From a virus (taxonomy: Duplodnaviria > Caudoviricetes), in the IMG/VR virus record IMGVR_UViG_3300005517_000042, positions 1 through 25,159 of that record: a stretch of DNA of 25,159 nucleotides. The stretch is one strand, 5' to 3'. Made by a program: the position numbers and the translations under genes. The notes beneath the pieces were generated by a model. The model worked only from the letters and a program-made list of their open reading frames with translations. It was not told the origin of the DNA and ran no database searches. Position 1 is the first letter of the stretch. The number at the start of each line of letters is the position of its first letter. This document shows positions 16,406 through 25,159 of this stretch, piece by piece.

Positions 16406-16906
16406 TTACGCTTCGCCGTTGGTGTCAATCACCGCCGACCTTGCCCACGGTGCCGGGTCTGCAATTGGCACACCGTTAGGCCACCTTAATGCAATCAGCC
16501 TATTCCGTGCAAACTTGCGTATGTTCACTTCATCGCCTTGATTGCCACCAAGGATGTTCAAACTGCCATCGGCGTTGACGCTATCAACGAATCCAACATG
16601 CCCGCCACCGTCGCGGCCAAATACGGCGATGCTGCCCATTGGTGGGCGCGTGGCAGTCGTGCCAATGCGGATGCCCCAATCTGCCCAGGCCTTGGCGCGG
16701 ATGGCGATTGCAGGCGGCTTCACGCCAGCTTGGCTCACGCAGTGGGCTGCGAACAGGCCGCACCACGGCACGCTATCCGCCCCGTATTTAATGCCCAGCA
16801 CCTTAGCGCCAAGACGATTGCCCCACGACATGATGATGGGGTTATTCGCGCCGCCTGGGACTTCACGTGTCCCGATCAGCCGATCCGCTTCTATCATCCA
16901 CCGCAT
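16406..16906 (-). CDS. Endolysin, TIGR02594-like CHAP/NlpC-P60 peptidase
   Basis: VPWCGLF, GGHVGFV, LGGNQ catalytic motifs; GGAG RBS. Confidence 0.88.
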   Translation of the reverse strand: MRWMIEADRLIGTREVPGGANNPIIMSWGNRLGAKVLGIKYGADSVPWCGLFAAHCVSQAGVKPPAIAIRAKAWADWGIRIGTTATRPPMGSIAVFGRDGGGHVGFVDSVNADGSLNILGGNQGDEVNIRKFARNRLIALRWPNGVPIADPAPWARSAVIDTNGEA

Positions 16907-17126
16907 GTTCAATCTCCAATGCAGCCAAGCGCAAGGCTCGAACGAGGGCCACCTTTATCATATTTTCAGGTGGGTCGCCATGAAAAGCCATGACGCTTGA
17001 CATCCACTGCCCTTCGCCTTCGGCTTCTGTCCGAAACTTCGCCGCATATATCAGCGTCACATCCTCTACATAATCGTGAAACGTGCCAGGCTTTAGCATC
17101 GTCCAAGGTATGCGCGCGACCATCAC
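16863..17126 (-). CDS. Hypothetical protein
   Basis: Fills the gap between the phosphoesterase (4-nt overlap) and the endolysin. Confidence 0.6.
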   Translation of the reverse strand: MMVARIPWTMLKPGTFHDYVEDVTLIYAAKFRTEAEGEGQWMSSVMAFHGDPPENMIKVALVRALRLAALEIEHAVDDRSGSADRDT

Positions 17127-18286
17127 TCAAACATCTCCGGTTTAACTGTCAGCGTTGAAACCTGTCCGAACCGTGAATGGTAGGTGATGGCATACGCTGC
17201 CCGTTCTGAATGGTATCCGCCCCGTGCTGCATAAGCGTCACGCGCCGCAAGCGTTGGGTGCTGCATCCACTTAATGCCTGAAAACTCTTTCACCACCTCA
17301 TGATGGTAGTGGCCCGAATGGCCATACGCCATCCTGGTGTTGCCCCACATCTCGCGGAACTGGGCAGCAAACAGGCCGGGCAGGCTATCCATCTTCAACT
17401 TATGCCCGTGATGGAATGCCAGCATTACGTTGCCGTGCTGGTAGGCGTAAAACGGCAGCGGACTATCTTCAACAGTTACACGCGGCTCGTTTTCAAACAG
17501 CGCCCGGAACATGACACGCAGCCAAACTGACGAGGCTTCATCATGGTTGCCCTCGGCGTGTAGGACGATCACCTTCTCATGGCGTTCTAAGGCCATGCCG
17601 ACGATCCGCCGCAGGATGCGAACGCCGGCCTCCACCATTTTAGGAAAACGGCTGTCAGCATCTAACAGATGCCCACTGGCTGGGGTCAACGGCTTGAACG
17701 AATCGTAATGGAACCAATCGCCAAGCTGGCAGACAATGCCAACCGCTGCCGCTGGCGCGTTGTCAATCATGTGCCGGTATGCGTTGGTTATAAGCCGCTC
17801 TGCAATGGCCAAATCCCAATCCTGGCCACCCTCGCGGTGCCACGCCAACATCCCGACATGGTAATCAGTGAACACGTAAAGGTTGAGCAGATCAGCCAGC
17901 GTTGCAGCCGGTGGCGTGACGGGTTCAACAGGCGGTATGTTCTGGGCCAAGGCTTCCGCTGCCGCCTTGATGGCCTCTTGCCGCTGTTCATCATCGAGGC
18001 GCGTCTTAACCCATTGCGCCTTTTGAACCCCGTCTGCGTCAAAATAAGTCGAAACGCCCTTAACGACATATGGAGCCATGCCGTCACGCTCTGGCCCAGC
18101 GCCGATTCCGCCGGCCCCGTATGCCTCGCCTGTGCGGTGCCGATGGCGGCGAACGGCACTTAAGATTCCAGCCTTACCGCCATATTCCCCAGTTTTAGCT
18201 AAGGCATATGCGCTGCCAGCTTTAACAAACGCCTCATGAATTTCTGCATCACGAGCGGGGTCAATGTCCGACTGGTTAGTTGCCAT
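17123..18286 (-). CDS. Calcineurin-like metallophosphoesterase with N-terminal extension
   Basis: TDYHVG, LGDWFHYD, EGNHD, HHGH, GHYHH metal-binding motifs. Confidence 0.85.
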   Translation of the reverse strand: MATNQSDIDPARDAEIHEAFVKAGSAYALAKTGEYGGKAGILSAVRRHRHRTGEAYGAGGIGAGPERDGMAPYVVKGVSTYFDADGVQKAQWVKTRLDDEQRQEAIKAAAEALAQNIPPVEPVTPPAATLADLLNLYVFTDYHVGMLAWHREGGQDWDLAIAERLITNAYRHMIDNAPAAAVGIVCQLGDWFHYDSFKPLTPASGHLLDADSRFPKMVEAGVRILRRIVGMALERHEKVIVLHAEGNHDEASSVWLRVMFRALFENEPRVTVEDSPLPFYAYQHGNVMLAFHHGHKLKMDSLPGLFAAQFREMWGNTRMAYGHSGHYHHEVVKEFSGIKWMQHPTLAARDAYAARGGYHSERAAYAITYHSRFGQVSTLTVKPEMFE

Positions 18287-18374
18287 CAATCACCTTGCGG
18301 ACAAACCAACGCAATACCGCCCCGTAAATCAATACGGTGGCGATAATTGGCAGCATGGGAACCCAATCAGTCAC
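18276..18374 (-). CDS. 32-aa single-TM peptide
   Basis: Manual translation from GTG: MTDWVPMLPIIATVLIYGAVLRWFVRKVIDGN; overlaps both neighbours. Confidence 0.4.
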   Translation of the reverse strand: MTDWVPMLPIIATVLIYGAVLRWFVRKVIDGN

Positions 18375-18546
18375 CGCGCTTTAGCCATCGCTGCACTGTG
18401 CGCGTCTCGTAGATGCGGATTATTGTCCAGATTAAAGTGAACAGCGCCGCTATAGATGGCAGCCATTGGGCAAGCGTGGCCAAGACGGTAAACACCGACA
18501 ACGCATCCGCCGCATGTTTTACGCTTTCGATGATATCGTCGCTCAT
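18367..18546 (-). CDS. Second holin-like membrane protein (59 aa)
   Basis: Manual translation MSDDIIESVKHAADALSVFTVLATLAQWLPSIAALFTLIWTIIRIYETRTVQRWLKRGD, with a hydrophobic core and basic C-terminus. Confidence 0.7.
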   Translation of the reverse strand: MSDDIIESVKHAADALSVFTVLATLAQWLPSIAALFTLIWTIIRIYETRTVQRWLKRGD

Positions 18547-18557
18547 AACCGTTGCCC

Positions 18558-18932
18558 TTAGAATACGTTTTCATATTCGTAAAATTCAGATGCGCTGAAA
18601 ACCACTACCGGCACGCCTGCACTGTCCGTCACGCGGCAACGAAGGCTTCCCGTTGCGGTAAAGCCGCGTGCTACTCCGCTAACGGCAGGCAAAGTGCTTG
18701 CTAGGGCGCTACTACTGGCAAAGCCGAATGAACCGCCGCTGGTGCCAGTCCAAGACCAGAGATACGCGTAAGGCGGGACGCCGCCGCTGGCCACGCACGT
18801 GGCTGTGTTCCAAGTCCAATTGCTATCGTCAAAGTTGGAGGCATACTCACCAGCGGTAATGACAGCACTGAGCGGTGATCCACCGCCCGCACCCGCCGTA
18901 TTGCCAACAACAACGCACAGCGCCCCGCTCAT
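18558..18932 (-). CDS. Small Ig-like / adhesin-like tail fibre partner
   Basis: ASGGVPPYAYLWS...CRVTDSAG beta-sandwich motifs; ATGA coupling to the fibre gene. Confidence 0.6.
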   Translation of the reverse strand: MSGALCVVVGNTAGAGGGSPLSAVITAGEYASNFDDSNWTWNTATCVASGGVPPYAYLWSWTGTSGGSFGFASSSALASTLPAVSGVARGFTATGSLRCRVTDSAGVPVVVFSASEFYEYENVF

Positions 18933-19780
18933 GATATGTTGCCCGTGATAACCCACACGGTCGCAGCAACCTTGACGCAGCTTGCCACGCCGTAAACGGC
19001 CAGCGTGCGCGTGCCAGTGTTAGTCGTGCCAGCCTGGCGCAGCGTGTCGGTTGTGATCGAGATCGACTGCGTAGCATTGGAGTCGTTGAAGATCACAATG
19101 GTCGTGCCGATGGGGAACGCCGTAGCACCATTGGCAGGAATGACAACGCCGCCAGTCGTGATTGAGACGTGCTTGCCAGCATCAGCCAGCACCAGCGTGT
19201 AAGCCGCACCCTGTGCGTTCTGCGGGATGCCGCGAAAGCCGATACTGCCCGCCGCAATCGTGCCGGTAGCGGTGACCACTACATCCTGGTCAAGCGCCGT
19301 AATGTCGGTGTTCGCCCCACTAGCCGCCGCACTGAGGTTGGTTCGCGCAACCGCTGCCGTAGTTGCACCAGTGCCGCCATTGGCCACCGCCAACGTGCCG
19401 CCCAACGTCATGGTGCCACTGCCAGTCACCGGGGAGCCTGTGACCGTGAGGCCCGTTGTGCCGCCTGATAGGCCCACTGAGAACGCCGCAAGGCTGTTGG
19501 CACTAAATACCAACGCGCCCGCGCCATCCTCCACCCGGATCGATACCGCAGCCGCGTTGGCAAACAACCGCGCTGGGCTGCCGAGATATGCCGCATATCC
19601 GCCAGACGTTGCCACTGGCTGCGATGCCGGAATCGTTAGAGCCTGATCCCAATAAACCGCAACCGGGTTGGTCACTGGATTAAGGTTGGCCACACCGACA
19701 TAGATGCGGCCATTGTCCAACGGCTTGCCGTCCAGGCCGGTGAACACCGGGAATGGGGATTCAATTGCTAGGGCGGTCAT
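18929..19780 (-). CDS. Short tail fibre with P22 tailspike-like head-binding domain
   Basis: PFPVFTGLDGKPLDNGRIYVG...PVTNPVAVYWD N-terminus; LAVANGGTGATTAAVARTNL fibre motif. Confidence 0.82.
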   Translation of the reverse strand: MTALAIESPFPVFTGLDGKPLDNGRIYVGVANLNPVTNPVAVYWDQALTIPASQPVATSGGYAAYLGSPARLFANAAAVSIRVEDGAGALVFSANSLAAFSVGLSGGTTGLTVTGSPVTGSGTMTLGGTLAVANGGTGATTAAVARTNLSAAASGANTDITALDQDVVVTATGTIAAGSIGFRGIPQNAQGAAYTLVLADAGKHVSITTGGVVIPANGATAFPIGTTIVIFNDSNATQSISITTDTLRQAGTTNTGTRTLAVYGVASCVKVAATVWVITGNIS

Positions 19781-22506
19781 TGTGCGTTGTCTCCGACTAG
19801 CTGCTGAACTTCTTGGCGCAGCGGGCGGTTCCTCGCTGCATTTTTCAGCGGCGCAACCACATTGGACATTACGCCAGCCGGCAGCGGAAGGCCGGCTGCA
19901 ACGGTGTTGATAATCATATCAAGACCATTCATCCATGCGCTGGATGTGTTGCTAAAGTTCACGCTGCCCGGTGGTGCCGTGAATACATCTTGCGCCACGT
20001 CAGATAACGTCCGCATTCCCTGCGCAGTCCCGCCGTCAAAGATCAGAGACAACTTGCCCGACTGATCGAGGCGGTCAACGATACGTTTAAGGCCAGCGGG
20101 CGACACTGCCACGTTGCCGGCCTCGTCACGCACCGCACTGGCTGGATAAGCAGCGCGGCGGATTTGCTCCATAACAGCGCCTTGCACTTCGCTCCATGCC
20201 TGCGGGTCGCCGCCTTCGCCGGTCACAAGATCACGCATCTTGCGAAGCTGTGCCGCCTCGGTGCCTGGTGCGAGGATTCGTGCCACCACGTTTTCAGCGG
20301 CAATAACACGGTCGGTGCTGTCGCGCTTGGTGCCAAGCAACTGCGCGATAATGCCAATTTCCTTGAACGTCTTTTGATGGTCGCGGAATGCAGCGCGACT
20401 AGAACGATAAACGTCACCGCCAGTATCGTTCAAAACATCATCAATCACGCCCTTTAATTCGCCGCCAAAAAAGCCTTGCGTTGGGTCACTTTTACTGGCC
20501 TCTACGATTTTCTTCCGCACGCCTTCAAGTGCATTGATTGAGATAATACCTGTGCCGTTCGGATCGCTAATGTCCAGTGATTCGCGGGCAATTTTCATTA
20601 CTTTTTCTTGCTGTTCGGTGGGAACCTTTGATGCAATATAATCCAAAACGGGTTGATAAGAGACCGGCTCTTTCAACTCACCAGCCTCTCTGGCTTTTTC
20701 ATAAAGCACCCGATACTTCGCTTTGCTCTTGTCCGCCATTGACTTAATGCCAGCGGTAATCCGCGCGCCTTGCTCCTCTAGATTGCTCAGAACTTCCGCG
20801 CCGGTCTGGTCAAGGAACGCATCAAAGTTAGCCGCAATCTGCTGCTGCTGTTGCGCCATGCGTTCGCGGATCGGCCCGCCAACTTCGTTATTCTTGGCCA
20901 ATTCGCGGGCGCGTTGCATGTCCTCAAATCGGCGCGTCCTTTGAAAGTTGGCCAATTGCACCGGCACAGGCAATTCCTGTGACCGAGACACGCGAATCAC
21001 GTCATTAGGGGTTGCCGCAGCGCCGCCGCTTGCACGACCACCAGAAGGGCCACCCATGCCACCCATCGGGCCACCCATCGGCCCACCGCCGGCAGGAGGC
21101 GCACCCATCGGCCCACCCATGCCGCCCATCGGCGCACCACCGCCATCAGGCGCACCACCCGCAGGAGGTGTGCCGCCAAACACGCGACGGCCAAGCGCAC
21201 CGCCTGCACCGCCCAATGTGCCACCAAGCAACGCGCCACCGAGGCGGTTTTCGTTTGACTCCCCAGCGCCAGCCAGGATGCCCGCAATCGTATCGCCAGC
21301 CAACGGTGCAAGATTAGCCGCGCGTCCACCCGCAAGCGCCGTGTTGACGCCACGCGAGATCAGGCCAGTTGGGCCAATGCTGCCTGCCATTTCGCCGACA
21401 AGTGATGCGCCGACATTGCGCTCTTGCAGATAACGCTTTGCAGCCTGCACGCGGTCAGCATCCAGGCCCAGCACAGGCGCAAGTTCGTCAAGCAAACCTA
21501 GCGTCATGGCATTGGCGCTGCTGGTCATGCCTGCCGCGACAGTCTCACCCATTGGCGTAGCAACAAATTCGCCTACGGATTGCTCTGCCGCAGTCGGCTG
21601 GCCAGTCGGATTAACATTAATCGTTACCGGCTTGCCTTCGTTCGCTTGCAGGAACGCGGCTTCCTCTTGCCCAAACGACCGGCCATATTGCGCCGCCACG
21701 GCTTGCGTATCAGCAAACCGCCCAGTGCGATTCCACGCCTCTTGGATAGCCTTTCCAGCCTCCAAGTCTTGCGGAGTCATGATCGGCTGGCCGCCTTGGA
21801 TAGCGCCCATTACCGTTCCCGAAGTAGTGCCGGGTGCGGTTACGATGCGGCCTTGGTCACCTTGCGGAACCGCTTCGCCAGCCTGTTCCAATTGGCGATT
21901 AAAATATTGTTCGGCGCGGTCAACGCCCATCAAGAACTGCTCAAGGCTTTGGTTGGGATCAAGGTTGGCGATGGATGACGCCAGACGCTGGGCTTCTGAT
22001 TCTTGGTTAGCCAGCGAGGCCATGCCTCCCGGATTGATTTTGGCAAGCTGCGCCAACTGGTCTTGGATCAAGTTCCCTTGAACCATGCTTAAAGCGCCTT
22101 CAAGATCGGCGCGATTCTGACCAAAAAGCGCCCCAACCACTGGCGCTGCACGAACGCGGCCAGCCATCTCTCCAACGGATAACGTCTGATTGGCTAATTT
22201 GCGGATGTTCTGCAAAGCGTCCAGCGTGGTTCTAATTTGACTTGGGCGATTGACGTTCTGCGCAGGCAAAGGCGTTCCGCCAATGGGTTCAATCTTGCCA
22301 GCCTGATTGCGCTGATAGGGCTGCATTGGATTCAGCCCCTCCGCTATCACTTCCTCGTTCGTCATCCGCACAAACCGCTCGGTGTCACGGGTAGGTGCAG
22401 GAGGCGAAGGCGGGGTGGCCGGCTTATCAAACTCCACAGCCGGACGCGCACCGGCATTGCCAGCCGGCACGACAATCGGATCATTTTCCCAAGGCTGCTT
22501 GGCCAT
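19777..22506 (-). CDS. Large DNA ejection / internal virion protein
   Basis: 909 aa, Gly/Ala-rich and helical; third gene of a P22-like ejection block, before the fibre gene. Confidence 0.7.
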   Translation of the reverse strand: MAKQPWENDPIVVPAGNAGARPAVEFDKPATPPSPPAPTRDTERFVRMTNEEVIAEGLNPMQPYQRNQAGKIEPIGGTPLPAQNVNRPSQIRTTLDALQNIRKLANQTLSVGEMAGRVRAAPVVGALFGQNRADLEGALSMVQGNLIQDQLAQLAKINPGGMASLANQESEAQRLASSIANLDPNQSLEQFLMGVDRAEQYFNRQLEQAGEAVPQGDQGRIVTAPGTTSGTVMGAIQGGQPIMTPQDLEAGKAIQEAWNRTGRFADTQAVAAQYGRSFGQEEAAFLQANEGKPVTINVNPTGQPTAAEQSVGEFVATPMGETVAAGMTSSANAMTLGLLDELAPVLGLDADRVQAAKRYLQERNVGASLVGEMAGSIGPTGLISRGVNTALAGGRAANLAPLAGDTIAGILAGAGESNENRLGGALLGGTLGGAGGALGRRVFGGTPPAGGAPDGGGAPMGGMGGPMGAPPAGGGPMGGPMGGMGGPSGGRASGGAAATPNDVIRVSRSQELPVPVQLANFQRTRRFEDMQRARELAKNNEVGGPIRERMAQQQQQIAANFDAFLDQTGAEVLSNLEEQGARITAGIKSMADKSKAKYRVLYEKAREAGELKEPVSYQPVLDYIASKVPTEQQEKVMKIARESLDISDPNGTGIISINALEGVRKKIVEASKSDPTQGFFGGELKGVIDDVLNDTGGDVYRSSRAAFRDHQKTFKEIGIIAQLLGTKRDSTDRVIAAENVVARILAPGTEAAQLRKMRDLVTGEGGDPQAWSEVQGAVMEQIRRAAYPASAVRDEAGNVAVSPAGLKRIVDRLDQSGKLSLIFDGGTAQGMRTLSDVAQDVFTAPPGSVNFSNTSSAWMNGLDMIINTVAAGLPLPAGVMSNVVAPLKNAARNRPLRQEVQQLVGDNAQ
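21020..21180 (-). repeat. Low-complexity GGPM/GGM coding repeat
   Basis: Repeated CACCCAT(C/G) units encoding GAPMGGMGGPMGAPPAGGGPMGGPMGGMGGP. Confidence 0.8.
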
Positions 22507-23336
22507 TATCGTTTAGTCCTGACATTCCCTTGCGGGTCGAGATACTGAGAGCCTGGCGGCAACGCTTCATATTGCGCGGTGTTTGAAACTGTTTTCAATT
22601 GCACCGCACCAGTCGGCGCATTTCCATAACGCTTTGTATATTCCGACATTGGCCCAACAAACTGGCCACCTGATGGAGTCGCCATCGTGACAATCGGATC
22701 GGTGCGATTCTGCACAAACGCCCGCGATTGCTTGATGCCTTCCGGGCTTTTCGGATCAATGCCAGCGGCCACCAAATCCTTTTGGAAAGTGGTCAGGCTG
22801 CCTTGGCCCATTACCTCGCCAAACTCTTTAAAACGCTTACCATCGGTGCCGGCTAGGAACGCCGACGACATGATGTCAGCCGCGCTGGGGTCTTTCTCGG
22901 CAATGTCGGCAAGGTCGGTAAATTGCTTGGCTAGTTCCGGCTTGTTGCTATTAGCAAATGCCGTGCCTGTTTCACGCCAAACACGCGCCGCCGATGCTAT
23001 ATCCCCGCCACGCAACGCCGCATAGCCACGCAAACCAGCATCAAACACCGGCTTGCGGGTCATCTCGTCCATAGCGTTATATTGTTCACTGATGGGCTTG
23101 GCGAACATTGGGTAGCGTTCCATCACGCCCACTTTTTCAGCAGGCGTTTTGGCAGCGGCGAAAGCGGTCATTGCCGCCCGCAATTGCTGCTGTTCCGCCG
23201 CCTTACGCTGTGCTTCCATGCGCGCCATAGCTTGCGCCTCTTGCACAGCTTGCAACTGCAAGCCTTGTGCATAGGCTTGCTGGAAAGCGCCACCCGGGTT
23301 GCCGATGGTGGTGGTATAATCGAAGGGCTGCACCAT
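22506..23336 (-). CDS. DNA ejection protein (gp20-like position)
   Basis: Gln/Ala-rich helical protein, TAATG-coupled on both sides within the ejection block. Confidence 0.65.
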   Translation of the reverse strand: MVQPFDYTTTIGNPGGAFQQAYAQGLQLQAVQEAQAMARMEAQRKAAEQQQLRAAMTAFAAAKTPAEKVGVMERYPMFAKPISEQYNAMDEMTRKPVFDAGLRGYAALRGGDIASAARVWRETGTAFANSNKPELAKQFTDLADIAEKDPSAADIMSSAFLAGTDGKRFKEFGEVMGQGSLTTFQKDLVAAGIDPKSPEGIKQSRAFVQNRTDPIVTMATPSGGQFVGPMSEYTKRYGNAPTGAVQLKTVSNTAQYEALPPGSQYLDPQGNVRTKR

Positions 23337-24067
23337 TAGAACCTCGGCGGGCTGGCAAAGGGCGGAATGTACGTTTGCGGCACATTCAAGCCCGGCGCTG
23401 CGTAAGGTTGCACGGTCGTCCCACGCTGCCCACCAAACATTGAGGCCGCTGTGCCAAACGCGCCTGTTACCTGGTTGATCCCCTGCCCAATCGCATTGGC
23501 GCGACCAAGGGCAGCGCCAGCCTGTGCAGCGCCAATGTTGCCATACTGATTGGCAACCAATTGACCAGTCTGCATCCCAGCCGCGCCAACGCCCGCCGCT
23601 GCGTTCTGGCCCAACGTGGTGATGCCGGCCAGACGGTCGTATTGCTGGCCAATGAACTGATTTAGCAGCGCCGGGCGGAACTGGCCAAGCGCACCTTGCA
23701 CGTTTCCACCGCGAAGCCCGCCCGTGGCGCTGGCATTCTGGAGAATTGCATTCTCGCCTTGCGCCGCCAGTGCTTGAAACAACGGAGACTGTTCTTGCTG
23801 GTTGACAAACGCTTGTTGGCTTTCAGGCCCGGACAAACCAGCCGCGCCAAGCAACGCCTGCAATGCCGGATCGCCCGCTTGCACATACGGTGCCATGAGA
23901 CGCTGCATTTCGGCAAACTGGCGGCGCTGCTCGTCAATGCTCAATTGGGCTGCACGCTCTTGCGCTTGCCCTGCCTTTTTAGAGGCGTTTGCACCAATCG
24001 CAGCCGAGGCCACCCCGCCCAACGCGCCTACGCCGAGCGCAATCGCCCCAAGTGTCGCAATCGCCAT
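23336..24067 (-). CDS. DNA transfer protein, P22 gp7-like
   Basis: Hydrophobic Gly/Ala N-terminus; LMAPYVQAG and NAILQNASATGGLRGGN motifs. Confidence 0.8.
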   Translation of the reverse strand: MAIATLGAIALGVGALGGVASAAIGANASKKAGQAQERAAQLSIDEQRRQFAEMQRLMAPYVQAGDPALQALLGAAGLSGPESQQAFVNQQEQSPLFQALAAQGENAILQNASATGGLRGGNVQGALGQFRPALLNQFIGQQYDRLAGITTLGQNAAAGVGAAGMQTGQLVANQYGNIGAAQAGAALGRANAIGQGINQVTGAFGTAASMFGGQRGTTVQPYAAPGLNVPQTYIPPFASPPRF

Positions 24068-24565
24068 TTACAGCGCCTTCCAGTAACTATGCTCTAGCGG
24101 CACATATCCACGCCGTTCATACAGTAGGCCCACCGCTTCGGGACGCAGCGCCTCCAGGCTTACCATGAGGAATGTCCGCGCATCCCGCGCCTTGGCTTCG
24201 CCCTCTAACGCTGTCAGCAAAGCGCCGCCCACCGTTCCCCGGTAATCAGGCTGCACCCACCAGAACGTCTCTTGCCCGATCCGCACTAAGCTGTTCCAGT
24301 AGGACGGAAACACCATAGCGCCGGCAAAGCCAACCACATTCCCAGCAACTTCAGCCGCCAGGAGGATCGCATCCTCGGCCCCGATCATGTTGTGCAGCGA
24401 TATGGCGAAACTTTCCGGGCAGAACGCCGCCAGCGATTCCATGTCGGACGCAATGAAGAACGCACGGCCAAGCTCAACCAATGCCGGAATATCAGCATAT
24501 TCAGCCGGGCGCACAGCATCCCGACTGTTCAAAGCGTTCAATGCAGATCGAGCGTCCAACGTCAT
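24068..24565 (-). CDS. GNAT acetyltransferase (P22 gp14-like position)
   Basis: VRPAEYADIPAL, VVGF, WWVQPDYRGTVGGALL, LYERRGY; alternative GTG start at 24571. Confidence 0.85.
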   Translation of the reverse strand: MTLDARSALNALNSRDAVRPAEYADIPALVELGRAFFIASDMESLAAFCPESFAISLHNMIGAEDAILLAAEVAGNVVGFAGAMVFPSYWNSLVRIGQETFWWVQPDYRGTVGGALLTALEGEAKARDARTFLMVSLEALRPEAVGLLYERRGYVPLEHSYWKAL

Positions 24566-24643
24566 AGCCACCTTGCTACGGAATGCCCACCGGCTGGCTT
24601 GTGACGCTCGGTGGGGTCACATTACAACGGTTGAGGGAGTTAA

Positions 24644-25159
24644 TCAATACACCGTGACAGATGGGGTCTCACCACCGAGATTAGGAGCAACGCCATACAT
24701 CGTAGTGTATTCCTGAATTGCCGCCGCAGGGATTGCCATGCCTGGCACCCAGCTATATTTCTTGAGGATGGTGATTAGCTTATCGTCAAACACGACAAAG
24801 TTGCGGGAGCCTTCGCCAGCAGCGCGGCTGCCTTGGTCAAGATATTTGATGCCGGGGATGCCTTTTTCTTGTAGCATTGACGATGCCACCACATCGCCCG
24901 GTTTTTGCGCATTTGCCGCTACTATGGCTCTTTCAATCTCTGCCTTTGAAGCGTTCGGGAATATAACGGGCAGCATTTCAGACGCGCTTGCGCCTTGCTT
25001 TCGTGCAACCTCAACCATTGGATCAAAAGCAGACAGTTTTTGATAAATCTCCTGCCCCGTCATTTGATTGGCCTTTGGCCCCATTATGGACGTTAAAGTT
25101 TCCCGCACCTTTTCGCTCTGTCCGCTCAATGGCGCATCATAATCAAGAAAATCAGCCGG
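24644..25159 (-). CDS. C-terminus of a large protein with an ADP-ribosyltransferase-like polyvalent-protein domain (5' part off window)
   Basis: Frame is open from the window edge: FLDYDAPLSGQ...GIPGIKYLDQGSR...SRNFVVFDDKLITI, resembling the end of ART-PolyVal-type domains. Confidence 0.6.
   Translation of the reverse strand, partial: PADFLDYDAPLSGQSEKVRETLTSIMGPKANQMTGQEIYQKLSAFDPMVEVARKQGASASEMLPVIFPNASKAEIERAIVAANAQKPGDVVASSMLQEKGIPGIKYLDQGSRAAGEGSRNFVVFDDKLITILKKYSWVPGMAIPAAAIQEYTTMYGVAPNLGGETPSVTVY

Noticed and set aside
18371-18574. 67-aa ORF MKTYSKG in the track
   Set aside because: An alternative frame (18367-18546) gives a much more plausible membrane protein.
24600-24621. TGTGA...TCACA as a CRP site
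   Set aside because: The spacer is 12 nt rather than 6.
1-25159. Integrase, tRNA, DGR or alternative genetic code
   Set aside because: None detected by eye; genes tile tightly under the standard code. About a third of the genome may lie outside the window.

Overview
This window is about 25 kb of a P22-like podovirus genome, probably from an alphaproteobacterial host (inferred from GcrA-like genes and the QueE type). Both ends fall in minus-strand virion genes, so it looks like an arc of a circular or permuted genome. In order it contains: the portal (partial), terL, terS and three accessory genes; a candidate iteron origin; a Toprim/AAA_25 primase-helicase with a Cro-like gene; and a rightward replication/recombination operon (Sak4-like ATPase, DUF669 SSB, Cas4-like nuclease, SF2 helicase, VRR-NUC). 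It continues with a methyltransferase flanked by GcrA/Myb-like HTH genes, a Lar-like gene, a lysis cassette, a metallophosphoesterase, a short tail fibre, three ejection proteins, a GNAT, and the end of an ART-like polyvalent protein. The most notable element is a translationally coupled three-gene cassette inside the replication operon: queE, an atypical QueD-like gene lacking the catalytic Cys, and a small Zn-less TGT/DpdA-like protein. This is a candidate minimal 7-deazaguanine DNA-modification system, with no queC or folE in view. I saw no integrase, DNA polymerase, tRNA or CRISPR array. All family calls come from motif recognition by eye, not from database searches.
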